A DNA stretch of 64,000 bases. It comes from the human T2T-CHM13v2.0 reference genome, Homo sapiens. The stretch lies in the NCBI RefSeq assembly GCF_009914755.1, contig NC_060925.1, one strand, 5' to 3'. The position numbers and the translations under genes were made by a program. Positions 39,725 to 57,120 of the stretch are shown in pieces. The notes beneath the pieces were generated by a model. It did not search any database and had not been told where the DNA came from. It saw only the letters and a program-made list of their open reading frames with translations. Numbering within the stretch: the stretch's first letter is position 1; the number at the start of each line of letters is the position of its first letter.

Positions 39725-41584
39725 TATGCCATCTATATTTGTATCTAATTTGTTCTCCCAGAAAACTGAGCTTGGGAGGTCTTTCCCCTTGAGCCTCTCT
39801 CTTATGACTAGAAGGTGCTGATGGTGGTGGGGACTGAGCCTGGTTTAGGGTCAACTCTACTGAACTGGGAGGTGACGAAGCAGATCATTTTCAGAATCTG
39901 TTCCATTTTTTACCTTGATGAAGTGTATCCTGCAGCTAAGTGCCCACTGGTCGGTTGCAGTAATTAATCAACTTTATTGCCTATACTTGAGGTCTCTGGA
40001 GCCTTGGCATGCAAATATATGTAAATGAGCAGAGGAGTGGGTTGAACCTAAAGCCTGGGGAGTGTCTGCCTGGATTGGGCTGATTTCTCTGTTCACGTTT
40101 CCTGCCGTAATCTTCCCGTGTTCCCTGGGAGCAGGAGAATGGGGGGCAAGGAGAAGGAGCCTTAGAGTCAGAGACACCTGGGTTCAAAGTCCAGCCCACC
40201 TCTTCCTGCTGTGTGTGATCCTGGGCAAGTCCCTGCACCTCTCAGCCTGCGTGTCTCCATCCCCTACAGTGGCAGTAATGATCCTCTTCTCACCGTGCAG
40301 GGCTCTGGTGGGCCCAAGGAAGCAGCGCTCAGAAAACACAACTTGCCTTAAGAAGCAGCGCCTCTCAGAGCTCCTAAATTACGCATTTCTGAGGTGGCGG
40401 GGAGGAGAGTGCAGTCATCTGGGCTTCGCAGCCCTGGCAGAGCAAGTGCTCCTTGAAAGGAGATGCTACAATTTCCCCTAATGAATGGCAACTGCTGCTT
40501 AATCCAGTCCTTGCCTCCTTTCCCGTCCAGTTCGGTGTGTTTTATGTGCGACCTTTGCTGAGTGCAGCCATTCCTCTGGGGGAGAATTTTTTATTTGAAA
40601 TTTGAACAGCCTGGAAGACTTATTCTAAATAATGGATGTAAAGTGTGTCTGTGCAAAAACCACACGAATTATGTTAGGAAACCTAGGCTGAGTTGGGCTC
40701 CAAGTCCTGCTGGGACCTCTGAAGAGTGGGGCTGGGGACCCAAGGCTGCTCTGATCAAGGATTCATACAGGAGCTTCTTTCATCGTTGATTTTGCATTGG
40801 ACGCAACTTATAGAGTTTGCAGGTCTTTTTCAGGAGAGGTGGACATTGAGGTTTACTGAGCACCCACTGTGTGTGAGGGCCGCGGATGTGCTACTCCCAG
40901 CAACCCAGGTACTCATTAAATGTCAGGAGGAGGATTTATGTCTATGTTTATATCTATCTATGCTCCTGCTCTCCTGCAGGCCCCGATGTAGACAGCACCT
41001 CCTTAGGGAGCTCCCTGACCCCCCAGGTTGGGCTAGGGGCCCCTGTGGCTCCCACGTTGTCTGTGTGTCCCCCATCAGATCGCACGGTGCTGCCACCATC
41101 TGTCTCCCCCGGACTGAGGGTCTGGAGGGCAGCGATGACATCTCTGTCCCCGTGTGGTGACCACATAGCTCTGCCCTCCCTGACTATGGGGCCTGGACCA
41201 GTCTCCTCACCACTCAGGCCCTAGTGTCCTCATCTGTCAGACGGGTGACAGTCCACATCCCCCAGGCTTGCGACACGTGTGAGGGCTCAGGCACGGTGAT
41301 GGTAGAGGCAAGGGCGCGAGCTGGGTGACCTCAGCCTCCCCTCCTCCCTCCGTACTTCCCTCCATCCTCAACTCCACCTCTGAGGGGCCTGGGCTCCGCT
41401 CTCCTGCAGGATTGCCACCCCCACCCCCGCACCTTCTCCCAACCTTCAGAGGAGAGGTAATTAAAACTTCCTCCAGCACCATGTCCTGAAGTTCCCTGCT
41501 TAATTAGCACAACCTGCTACTCAGGAGTTACATAACATGGACGCGGCCTCCCTGCCCTGGAGAAGTGTGTTGACGTCTCCCTGC

Positions 41585-42803
<1,219 letters not shown>

Positions 42804-45148
42804 TGAACTCCAAGTTCAGTTTTCTTCCAAGTGGCTGGGGAGGGATGGGTCGGCCATTAGGACACTGGGCGAATCACATCAGGGTCGGAAAGGCCCTGGA
42901 CAGAATGTACAGGAGGAGAGTGGGATGTAAAATTCTGACATCTTCTTTCCTCTTCTGCTCCCAGCCCTCTCCATGTCTGCACTGTCCCTGAGGACTGTCA
43001 ATTCTGCCTCAGAAACATCAGCTTTGGAACCCAGTTCATGTTTAGATGTGGACCTTGCCACATACGTATTTCTCATGAGTCTTATTCCACATGGCCATGG
43101 CCACCAAGTCTTGCTGATTCCACCTGCTGCCTTGTAACAGATCTGTCTCCTTCTCCCCTCCAGGCCACCACCATCACTCACCCGAGGACTATAACAGCTT
43201 CTTACTGGGTCTGCCCAGCCCCGCCCTTATTTCCTGATTCTTCCCCAGAGTGTGCTCCACTCTGGTCACTGGGTATCCTCCCTCATCACTTTCTAATTTT
43301 CTGGGATTCAGAAGATTATTTTCACTAACACGGCATGATGGAATTGGGTATGGACAGGAGATTAGGAAAGGTTTGAAACTACGAACAGTTTTGCAAACTT
43401 GGCAGAATTGATCCAGGCACCACCTTCCCTCTCTCCTTTCCTTTGATGCCCAGAACATCCTGTTGTCCTGGTAGAGGGAATCCAGGGCTCCTGCCGCTGT
43501 CACGAGGTCCCCTCAATCCTGCCTCAAGGCTCATCCTCTCATCTCTCAGCTTGGCATCCCTCCTTTCCTCTGAATTCTTGCTGTTCCTCCTGGGGTATCT
43601 GCTAATCCATGGCTGGCCTCCCAGTGTCTCTTATGTTGAAGCTTCTTAAAAAGAAACCCACACCCTGGAATAATTCCTGTTTTCCACAAAGCAGACAAAT
43701 GTTAATTACGGTCAGTATCTTTCTTATCTGTCTCCTTTGGAAATCTCCATCTCTGAGCTCTGTGACAAAGGAATTAGCCTCTGATTAGAGGAAGGCAATA
43801 CCATTCTGAGATTGTGTTTTTCTGTTCTCAGAGACTACAGGCAGCAAGGGAGGACGAAGGAAATAGGAAGAGAAAGAGGGGAAAAAACAAAGAAAATAAA
43901 AGAAAACACTGTTCCTTTGTTTGCGCAGGGGATTGAAGCACAGGGCTTTGTGCATGGCCAGTCCCTGGTGACCCTGGAGGAGAAGGGCAGCAGGTGACCA
44001 TGGGTGAGACAAATAGAACCTGCAGAATCCGAAGTTGGTTTTTATGCCTCTGACACCTGCACACATTGTACTTTTCACACTGCTTGGTTCCAGCAAAAAC
44101 ACACTGATTTCTTAGAAGAAAAAGATCAAGTGAGCTGAACTCTTCATGTCCCTGGCACAGATCTGAGTGGGTGGGGTGCAGCATGTTTCTGTGCAAACAG
44201 CCCTGGACCCAGCTGCCGTTGTGCTCATCACAGACTCTGATAGCTCCAGAGTTGGAGATGTGATAGGGACCAAAATGGGCCAGGTTTTCTTTCTGAGTTA
44301 GACCCTGACTCTGGGCTGCAGAGACCTTAAGGGAGGAGCGCACAGGGGAACATGTGCACCCAGCTGGGGGTCTGCTGTAGCTAGCGATCTCACGCTAGCT
44401 AGCACGGAAATGCAGCAGGTCATCACAGGAAGGCTGGTCTGCACAGCCTTAAGATCTTCCTGTACTCAAGGGAACAGCCATCCCTTGCAAAGCACCTCGC
44501 TGGGAGTCCCTGGGGTGGTTCACGTGGGTTCACAAACCAACCTACCAACTACAGTCACCAGGTGGAGGCTGTGCTGTCCTCCCCCTGGCTGTTTCAGTGA
44601 TCTCTACTCAAGGAGCCTCCAGAGGTGCCTGGAGGTGCCCTATTGGTGGTGTCCCAGCAGAGATGGGGATGGCAGTGTCCTTGCCAAGGGGTCTGGTCCT
44701 CATGCTCTCTGAGGTGTCCATCATCTAATTACCAGAGTAGGGGTGAGTTTCACACAGAAGCAGAGAAAATTTCCCCTTCCTGGCTCCATAATACACTTCA
44801 CCTCCTGGTTCCTGAACACCTGCTAAATGCCAAACTCTGCTGGCAGTGACACTACTGAGACAAAGAAGATGAGGTTCTAGTCTCTGTCCTTGGGAAGTTC
44901 TGCATCTCAAAGGGGTATAAACTTCAAGCCAGGGGAGTGATTGGGCACATGCTTGGCTGCTTCCCCAGTCCCCCCATTTACTAGAGTTGGAAGCGAGAGT
45001 GTTTCAGTGTTAGCTAATGGCTCAAGCCTTGGACAAGGTCTGTACTGGCCTCCTTACAGCATTCTGTACCTGTGCATGGGAGAGAGATTTATTCAAATAA
45101 ATAAATTACAATCTAGTTGATAATGACTCCTGTATAAGAAGTTACATA

Positions 45149-45804
<656 letters not shown>

Positions 45805-45899
45805 TCACTTTGATTTTTTGGAGGGCATAATTCCTGGGAAATTGTGGTGTTGGGTGTCTGGGTGAAAAAGCCTGGAATAACAGATTCTTGGCAAATTCA

Positions 45900-47850
<1,951 letters not shown>

Positions 47851-49956
47851 GACTTCTAGGACTTATGCTGAGCCTGCCAGGGAAACTTTTTGACCTCTGG
47901 AGCAGGTGTATTGTTGCGGCAGACATCTCATCTTTATCAATGGAGAGCAGGTCTGAAGATGTAGCCAGATAAGAAAAATTGGAAAAGAGAGATAGGGAGA
48001 GAGAAACCAAGTTGTGGGGAGATCATGGGCTCACCCTAGATGAAGCCAGGTCAGAAACTGAACTCCTCATAATCCTTTCAGTTACTGCGTTTGATATATT
48101 CAATTTTTCTTAAGTTCAGATTGGGTTTTCTATCATCTGCCTGTAAAAATTCCAAATGGTTCATGTTGTTTTATCTTTGCTGGGAGAGGCTGTGGATGGG
48201 GCTCCATGTTTCTTCCCACATTATCATGTCACTCCCCACTACTAAATAAACTATTTGAACTTATTATTTGCATTTTACAGATAAGGACACTGAGGCCTAA
48301 GGCTCCCAAACTGGGAGATGGTTAAGCCTCTCTCTCACTCAGTTTCCTTCCCCAATCCCACCATTCTAGCTCAGTGCTTTGCCTCGCAGGTGTCAGCCAA
48401 CAAAGCCTAGAGAACTCTCTCCAGCCATCACCACTTGCCCCCAGTTGGTCCCTCCCCTCACCTATGGACCTGTGCAGGAGACTCCAGAGCCTTCATGCCT
48501 GGCTGCTTAGGTCAGGAGTCAGAAGGAAGGTCAGTGACGTGGGGGCAGAAATCTGAACACTGGAGAAGGCCAGGTTTAGGGACACATAGGATTTTGGGAA
48601 ATAATTATTAGGAACCCTTGTCTTGAGTTGAAGAGCTGTTAGAAATCACACAAGTATGTACCCAGGGGAGGGGTTATTTAGCCAATTGTACAAGGTTTAA
48701 CAACTCACCCAGTGCCACACAGCGCAGTTCTAGAGAATGAGAGATGCTGAAGCCTGCAATGCTTCAGGTTTGGCTCTGGAGACAGAGGAGATCTGGGTTC
48801 AAACTCTAATGCTGCCTCTTAGAAAGTATTCTAAATTTTAAAATTTAAAAAAATATAAAACATGCTGCCTCTAGTGGGGAGCATGCTTAATTCCTCTAAG
48901 CCTCAGTTTCCTTTTCTGTAAAATTCTACCTCAGAGGGTGTTTGAGAGAATTAATTGAAAAAAATGCGTGTAAAGCACTTAGCAGAGAACTGCAGCCATA
49001 GCAACCAAGGAATATATGACTTATGGTGAAGGTGACGACCACTGTCCATGGGGGAGAGGCCTCGCCTGTCTTGTTTGCTGCAGCGTCTTTGGGGCCTGTC
49101 CTGGCTTGGCACATAGTAGGTGTTCAATGCATGGCATTGGAGCCCCCAACTCCATCACACAGCTGAATGGACTGATGTTTTCTGTTTCACAAAACTGATC
49201 TGTGCCCTGCAGGTCGAAGGCCAACAGAGCAGCTGTCTGCGCTTCTGTGGGTCCATGTGGAACTGACATCCTCTTGATGGGGCTAGTGTTGTCTCTTCTG
49301 CCACAATGGGATGGAGTCCCCCAGAACCTGCCTGATGCTCCCTCTGCCAAAAGTGACAGCAACACAACAACGTGGCTCTCAAGCAGGAGCCCATTTTGCG
49401 GTCCTCCCACTTTTCTCCCTCTTTTTATTTCAGCCCTTAGAGTATCTCATTATGAACTCTAGTCATTTAATGTACCTGTTGGGCTGTGGCGGAGCTGGTG
49501 GCAAAATGTCAGAGAGGCAAGTTCTCAGTACTCTTTGCTTAAGGGTTTATCTGTATAATGTCATGTGGCTGGAGCCCCTCCCACCAACAGCTGGAGACAT
49601 TTCAAAACTATGTGAGCTCACAGGGCATGTGTGCACAATGGGAGAACACTGGGCAGACACAGCCAAGCCCTTGCCAGGAAGTGACCATCTTGGCCTGTCT
49701 TGCTATGCTCTGAGGACCTGGCTCAACTCATATGCACTTCCCCATAACTACATAGAATTGAAAGCAATTTTCTTGAGATAAGAGTGGAGATGGCCTGGCA
49801 CACTCTACCAGAAGCTGTAGCCAGCAGGGCCAGCATCATGGCCCCAGGACCTTCACTTCAGGGTAGCACAAGGGTGTAGAACCCAGAAGAAAGAATGTAT
49901 CACAGGCAGCTGCTGGGTTGGAGTTATTCACCTCTCCCTGCATCTTAATATACATA

Positions 49957-50437
49957 TTTTTAAATTGAACTTTTATTTTAGGTTCAGGTGTACATGTGTA
50001 GGTTTGTTATACAGGTAAACTTGAGTCATGCGGGTTTGTTATACAGATTATTTTGTCACCCAGGTATTAAGCCTAGTGCCCCTTAGTTACTTTTCCTGAT
50101 CCTCTTCCTCCTCCCACTCTCCACCCTTCAATAGATCCCAGTGTGTGTTGTTCCCCTCTACGTGTTCATGTGATCTCATCCTTTAGCTCCCACTTATAAG
50201 TGAGAACATGTGGTATTTGGTTTTCTGTTCCTGCATTAGTTTGCTAAGCATAATGGCCTCCAGCTCTATCCATGTTCCTGCAAAGGACATAATCTCATTG
50301 TTTTTTATGGCTGCATAGTATTCCATGTTTTATATATATATATATCTCACATTTTCTTTATCCAGTCTACCACTGATGGGCATTTATGTTGATCCCATGT
50401 CTTTGCTATTGTGAATAGCGCTTTAATGAACATACAC
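49957..50437 (-). mobile_element. Primate L1PA/PB 3' end
   Basis: ttttaggttcaggtgtacatgtgtaggtttgttatacagg…ctcccacttataagtgagaacatg. Confidence 0.9.
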
Positions 50438-50579
50438 CTTCCTGCACCTTAATCTTAATTAGAGTATCTTTCTTCTTTAATTTAGAAAGTAATACAAGTG
50501 CGTTGTAAACATACATTTTAATTTAGAAATGTATTACAAGTGAGTTATACACTTTTACATCACACAATGTAAAAGTATA

Positions 50580-52915
50580 TAAGAATAAAATGAGGGGATT
50601 TGCTTCTGGACAAGATGGAGTTACAGGGACTGAATTTTTCCTGCCACAAATTGAGCACAATATATACAATTAAAAAAATATAAAACAACAGTACACAAGA
50701 TACTGGACAACAGGCGATGAATGGTGGTCTCTGAGAGATGGAAAACAAATGATGTGAGCCCTGTGATGTCACCGGCTTACTGCTCTGAGAGAGCTTTCAG
50801 TGGTATGTTGTGCAGGGAGGGGGAATCCAAACAGAACACAGTGGACTCCTTGAGTAGAGGAGACGGTGCTGAGAGTCTAGGAAGACCAATGTGCTTAGAG
50901 TTCACAGGACAGAGTCCTGGAAAGGAGAGAGCGATGCAGAGAGAGAGATCTGCAGAATGTCCTTTCAAGTATTCACCTGAGTTCTAACCAGGGCATACAT
51001 AGGATGAATATTCCTGTGGCTGGGGGAAAATACCACCCAGAGAACAGTGCCACATACTCACATAGGGCTGGGAATAGTGTCTGTTCCCGCCAGCCAGATG
51101 GGAATGCCTCCTGACTCACATGACACTGAGTAGAATTCATATAAGGGTCTTGCCTCAGGAATGGGGAATGGTTATTCCAAGACTGAACACTCCTTTGGGC
51201 TTAAGCAAGACCTGAAAGGATCAAACTGTGTGAATGTAAAAACTGCATCCCAGAACAAAAGCACAAGAACATGTATAGGAACATGAAAATATCTACCACC
51301 CAGGAAGATACAGCTCACAATGTCTGGCACCCAGTCAAAAATTACCTGGCATGCAAACTAGCAGAAAAATATGACCCATAATGCGGAGGAAAACCAATCA
51401 ATTGAAACTAATCCATAATTGTTCAAGATTTGAACAATATTATCAACCAGGTTAACCTAATAGATATTTATATAACACTCCACCCAACAATAGCAGAATT
51501 CATGTTTTTCTCAAGTACACATGGAACTTTCACCAAGATAGGCCATACCTGGGGTTACAAAACAAACCTTAAAAAATTTAAAAGAACAGAAATTATGCAA
51601 AGTATGTTTTCTAACTTTAATGGAATCAAACTAGACATTAATAACAGAAATATACCTGGAAAATTCCCAAACATTTGGAAATTAAGTAACATGCTTCTAA
51701 ATAAACCATGGATTGAAATGAAAGTCTTAAGAAAAATAAAAAATTATCTTGAGCTAAATGAAAATGAAAATACAACATACCAAAATTTGTAGGATGCAGC
51801 TAAAGTGGCACTTAGAGAGAAATTTATAGCACTGAATGCATGTATTAGAAAAGAAGATCTCAAAATCAATAACTTGTTTTAAAAAGTAGAGAAAGAAGAA
51901 CAAATTAAACCTAAATCAAGCAGAAGGAAAGAAATAACACAAATTGGGGTACAAATCTCTGAAATTGAAAACAGATCATTAATAGAATCAATAAAATAAA
52001 AAGCTGGTTCTTGGAAAAGAGAAATAAAATTGGTACATCCTCATTAGTAGAGAGAGAGAGAGAGAAAGAGGGAACAAATCCACCAATGTCGGTATCAAGC
52101 CCACAGACATTACAACTATAATGAGGGATTACTATGAATAACCCTATGCACATAAATTTGATAACTTCCATGGAATGGCCCAATGTCTTGAAAGACACTT
52201 TAAAGACACTGAGTATCCAAACTCATTGAAGAACAAACAGATAAACTGAATAACCACACATATATCTATATATATGTATATGTGGTTATATATATGTACA
52301 CACACACACACATATGTGTGTGTGTATAGCCTATGCATGTATGTATATCCTATATATGTATATATGTATATCCTATATGTGTAAGAAATATCAATGTAGT
52401 TCACCATAACACATTTTTAAAAAGATAATCTCAATAGCAATAATAAATCAGAAATTTGAATTAAAAAAATCCCATTGAGAATGGCACAAAATGTGAAATA
52501 CTCAGAAATACATCTAACAAAAGATTTATATAAATCTGACAATGGAATACTACTCAGCAATAAAAATGAATGAACTCTTGATACATTTATCAACATGGCT
52601 AAATCATCAAATAATTACACTGAGTGGAAGGAGCTGGATGAAAAAGCACACATACTGTGTGAGTTCATATATATTAAAATCTAGAACTGTAACCAATCTA
52701 TAGTGACAGAAACAGATTAGTGCTTGTTTGGGGATGAAGAACAGGAGGGAGGAATTACAAAGGGACAGGAGGAAGCTATTGGTGATGGATGCCTTCTTTA
52801 TGTTGATTGTGGTGATGGTTTCACAGGTGTGTACCTATGTAAACACTTATCCAATTTTATACCTTAAATGTGTTCAGTTTATTGCGTTACAATTACACTT
52901 CAATACAGCTTTTTA
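50580..52915 (+). mobile_element. Old L1M fragments (5' region, ORF2 piece, L1ME-like 3' end)
   Basis: ORF 51430-51792 (LIDIYITLHPT…FFSSTHGTFTKIGH) matches the L1 endonuclease region. Confidence 0.85.
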
Positions 52916-53278
52916 AAGAAAGAGTAAAAGCAACATTCCTCCTCCACTCCAAATCCACTTCTCAGATGAAACACTGGAAATAAGAACAAAAATAATGATC
53001 ATGAGTTCACTCTCTTGCATCCCCTGTGATAAGCATTTTGGATATATTAGATCAATCGATTCCCCATGAACCTCATGATGTGGATGCTGTTATTATTGCC
53101 ATTTCAAGATGGGCAAACTGAGGCTCAGAGATATGGAGTGACCCACCCAAGGCCACCCCATTAGTAACTGTCACCGCAGAGGTTCAAACCCAATTCTGTG
53201 TAATTCCAAAGGCCCTACTCTCTATAATATGGCATTCATTTTAATGTATATTCTACTTTTTCTTTTTCTTTTTCTTTC

Positions 53279-53420
53279 TCCCCTCCCTCCCTCCCTCCCT
53301 CCCTCCCTCCCTCCCTCCCTCCTTCCCTCCCTCCCTCCCTCCTTCCCTCCCTTCCTGCCTGCCTTCCTGTCTTCCTTCTTTCCTCCCTTCCTTTCTCTCT
53401 TCCCTTCTCTCTTTCTTTGC
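53279..53420. repeat. (CCCT/CCTT)n repeat
   Basis: Visible tetranucleotide tract. Confidence 0.95.
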
Positions 53421-53438
53421 TTTTATAAAATGGCATCA

Positions 53439-53751
<313 letters not shown>

Positions 53752-55699
53752 TCAAGTTGCTTTTCACTTCATCTTCCCACATGGATCTTCTCCATTCTCT
53801 CACTGGCTGCCTAGAATTCTGTTGCCATAGGCACCACCATGTATTTAGTTAGCTCCCTATAGATGAATTTTTAGGTTGTTTTGGATTTTCTGCTATGACA
53901 GCAATGTTACAATAAACGTATCCAGTCATTTTCCCCATTCATTTAAAATTATTTTTAATGACACAAGTGTTGCATGCAGACATTCTCATTGTTTTATATT
54001 CATGAATTCAGATAAAGGGAAACTCCTCCACTCTAGCCACCTTTGCAGTCACTTCCAACTTTCAATATCCTCCCCACAGTACACTGTTATCAGAGTGGTA
54101 TGTGAGCCCTACAGATGCTTTTAATATGCATCTCTGTACATACATGTATGCTTAGCTATGTATGTTTGCTCTGTGTGTTTTTAAAAACACAAAAGGTATT
54201 GTATTATATGGATTGTTTTGTATTTGGCTTTTTATCATTTAAAATCACAAACATCTTTCAGTGTATACAGAGCTACCTCATTTTTTTTCAGAAGGCGTGT
54301 TCAATTGCTTGCATCTCTCTCCCTCCCTCCCTGTCTCTCACCTTCCCTCCCTCTGTCTTTTCTCCCTTTCTTCATCATTCCCCTACTACTAATAGAAATT
54401 TAGGTTGTTTCCATTTTTCTCTCTATAAAAATATTGCAATAAACATTCTGTGCATGCCTCATTGTGTTCACATGAGAGTTTTTCTATAGTATTGGTAACT
54501 AGAAGTGTAATTGCAGAGTGGAAGGGTTTGCCAGGGTGGGCCTTGTTTGTGGCCATAGGAGGTTGTGGAAGACGTGGGTTACAGGTCCCAGGTGGCTGTT
54601 TGCAAGATGGGAGAGGATCTTCCATTTATTCAATAGTTTACTTGCTGTGGCCATATATATTCAAATCTAGAAAATGTAACCAATCTACAGTGACAGAAAC
54701 AGATCAGTGCTTGCTTGGGGATGGAGAACAGGAGAGAGGAATTACAAAGGGACAGGAGGAGCTTGGACAGTTCCTGGTGACACTGAGCCCCTGGCCAGGT
54801 AGCCCTTTGGGCAGAATGATCAGAACAACCCTTCGGGTCACCTACGGGCCCAGCTGCACACACTGTTGGGTCCCCTCTCTCTTCCCTGTCCCACTGGTGA
54901 TGACTGATTCCGACTACCAATGAACCCTAGGAAAGGTCAGGGGAGGTGTGCAACGAAGTGTTCAACAAACCACTGGTGCTGAAATCTTCTCTATGCCAGG
55001 CGCATGTGCACCAGGCAGGGCCGGGAGTTGCAGCCCGGTGGGAGGGACACACTTGCACCAGCTGCCCAGGGCTGTGATGGTGGTAATGTGGGATGCTACT
55101 GTGACACAAAAAAGGGGCTTCTGATAGAGTCTAAGGGTGGCCGGGGAGGGGGTTCCTGGCAGAGGTGGAGGCTGAGCTGAGTCTTAAGGGATGAGTAGGA
55201 ATTAACCAGGTGAAACAGACTTTAAGCGTGTGAGTGTGTGTGGGTGTGTAAAATGTCTACTTCTTGATCTCCCCTCCCCTTTTCTAGTAACAGCACCTTC
55301 TTTCCCTTCGTGAGAACTTCTCAATGGCTCCACGTAATTCTGGGAACTCTCAATTCCTTAACCTCTTCTCACCGGAGCCAGTCCAGGATAGGCACATGAC
55401 CCAGGCTTGGCCAGTCAGATTTGCACTCTGGGCCACAGGGATTGGCTCAGAGATGGGCCAGTCAGAGCCCTCCCTGGGACTTCCACTGCAGATAATGGGA
55501 GAAACTCTTGGCTTTGGGGTCACACAGCTGGAAGAAGCTGCTGCTTGGGACCCCCTTCCTTGTCCTCATGGGATGTGGTGAGAGAAACAGAGGCTGCTTT
55601 GCAGAATGAGGCAGAGACAGATGAAAGACAGGCAGAGAAAGAATCCTTGAGGGCCAATGAGAGTTCCATTCCTGTAGCTTCTGTTTGGAGAGCTCCCCT

Positions 55700-57120
55700 G
55701 TGTCTTCTCCAGCCCTGAAGTGGGGGCTGTCATGGAAAAACTCCAACCTTACAGACGATGGCAAGGAGCAACCCTGCTACATGCCACAGATGCCCAAAGC
55801 AGACTTGACTTAGTAGACCAGAGCACAGCAGTTTCTTACCTATGTGCAGCAGGCAGCGGGCCCATTAGTGCAGTTGCATGGATTCCCTGCCCCAAATCCC
55901 ATGGGGCAAAGGGATGGACTCTGGTGGATGCTGCACACACAGTGAGTCCTGCTGGAGCTGAGGAATCCGGGGCTAAGGGTCTGGTACTTTTAGAGCATGC
56001 AGTAAACATTGTAACAAGTACTAAACAAGTGAGTTCCCTTCCTGTAAGGAACGGGAAGTTGCCACTGAAGGTACCACAGCCCCCCCTTGGCAGGCAGATG
56101 GAGACCATGTTTTGAGCCCACTGGGTTATGGTGGCCGAATTGCTGTGCCCATGCCAATGACGGATCCTAGTAGTGATGTCGGCTACCTCTTCCACCCAGT
56201 CGCCTGTGAGTATGACATCCACACGGATTTATAAATGTCCCGACGGGCTGCTGCCATGGCTTTTCAGAGCTCACAGCTCCACAGAAATGTGTCCTTAATA
56301 TACCAGTCAGCCATCACCCATGTACTTGACCAGATACCTGGATTACAGGCCATTGTCCCAGAGTTGATGAAAATATAACATGTCTGGTCCTTAGGAGTAC
56401 CATCCAAGGCAAGGACAATGACTTTCAATTGGGCCCACTGTGCTCATTGACCCTTCCTGAAGTGGGACTTTCTGAGTTGTTCCAGCTAGACAGCTGCCCA
56501 GTGGACACCATCAGTTTATAGTTTGGCTGCGCTGCCAGTAAACCAAGCCCGAGCACTCTCAGGAACTCCCTGGAATCGGGACCAATATTTCAGGTAGTGA
56601 AAAATTACCCCTGTGAGTAATTGAGGGGAGGTAACAGGACCCCTAAAGGTATGGTTGCATCCTTTTTGCATTAGGGGGACTCGCTTGTGGGGCTAGAGTT
56701 GCTTTCCCCTCGAACACTGTTTCCATTTACTAAGAGAATACTGTTGTGCCCGTCACGCTGCAGCCAGCATCTTAGGGGACCCAGCCTGAGATGGAAATAT
56801 CTGCTCTAGTGTTACCTGGGGGGCCTGCATGAGGTGTGTGGTCTCCACAAGCACCCACAGCAGGCCTAGCTGTTTACCCAGTGGAGTGTAGCAGGGTAGC
56901 TGGGTAGGGGAGGCAGGGAATCCCAAACCCCACGAAGTGCCTGCCGGTGAAAATATCCTGCCTTTACCATAGGCTCCAACCAGCCACAGATCCGGAATTA
57001 GGGTCCTTGGGCTTATGGATTCCAAGAGTAGGGCTGTCTCTAAGCACCGCCTGCAGATCAGGTCCCAGATGCTTTTAATAGATTTTCTGGTCAATGTATA
57101 CATAAGGCTCAATAAAATAC
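55700..57120 (-). mobile_element. Decayed ERVL-class (class III) pol remnant: RT connection, RNase H, integrase N-terminus
   Basis: PLGKQLGLLWVLVETTHL (cf. PFEKQLLACYWALVETE), AWFTGSA (cf. AWFTDGSA), AQWAQLKVI (cf. AQWAELxAV), HWHGH…TITQWA (HHCC region) and MGPLP, in pol order on the minus strand. Confidence 0.8.

Noticed and set aside
39351-40963. 29-bp similarity between 39351-39379 and 40935-40963 (tatgtctRtgtYtatatctatctatgc)
   Set aside because: Low-complexity TCTA-type sequence; convergence cannot be excluded.
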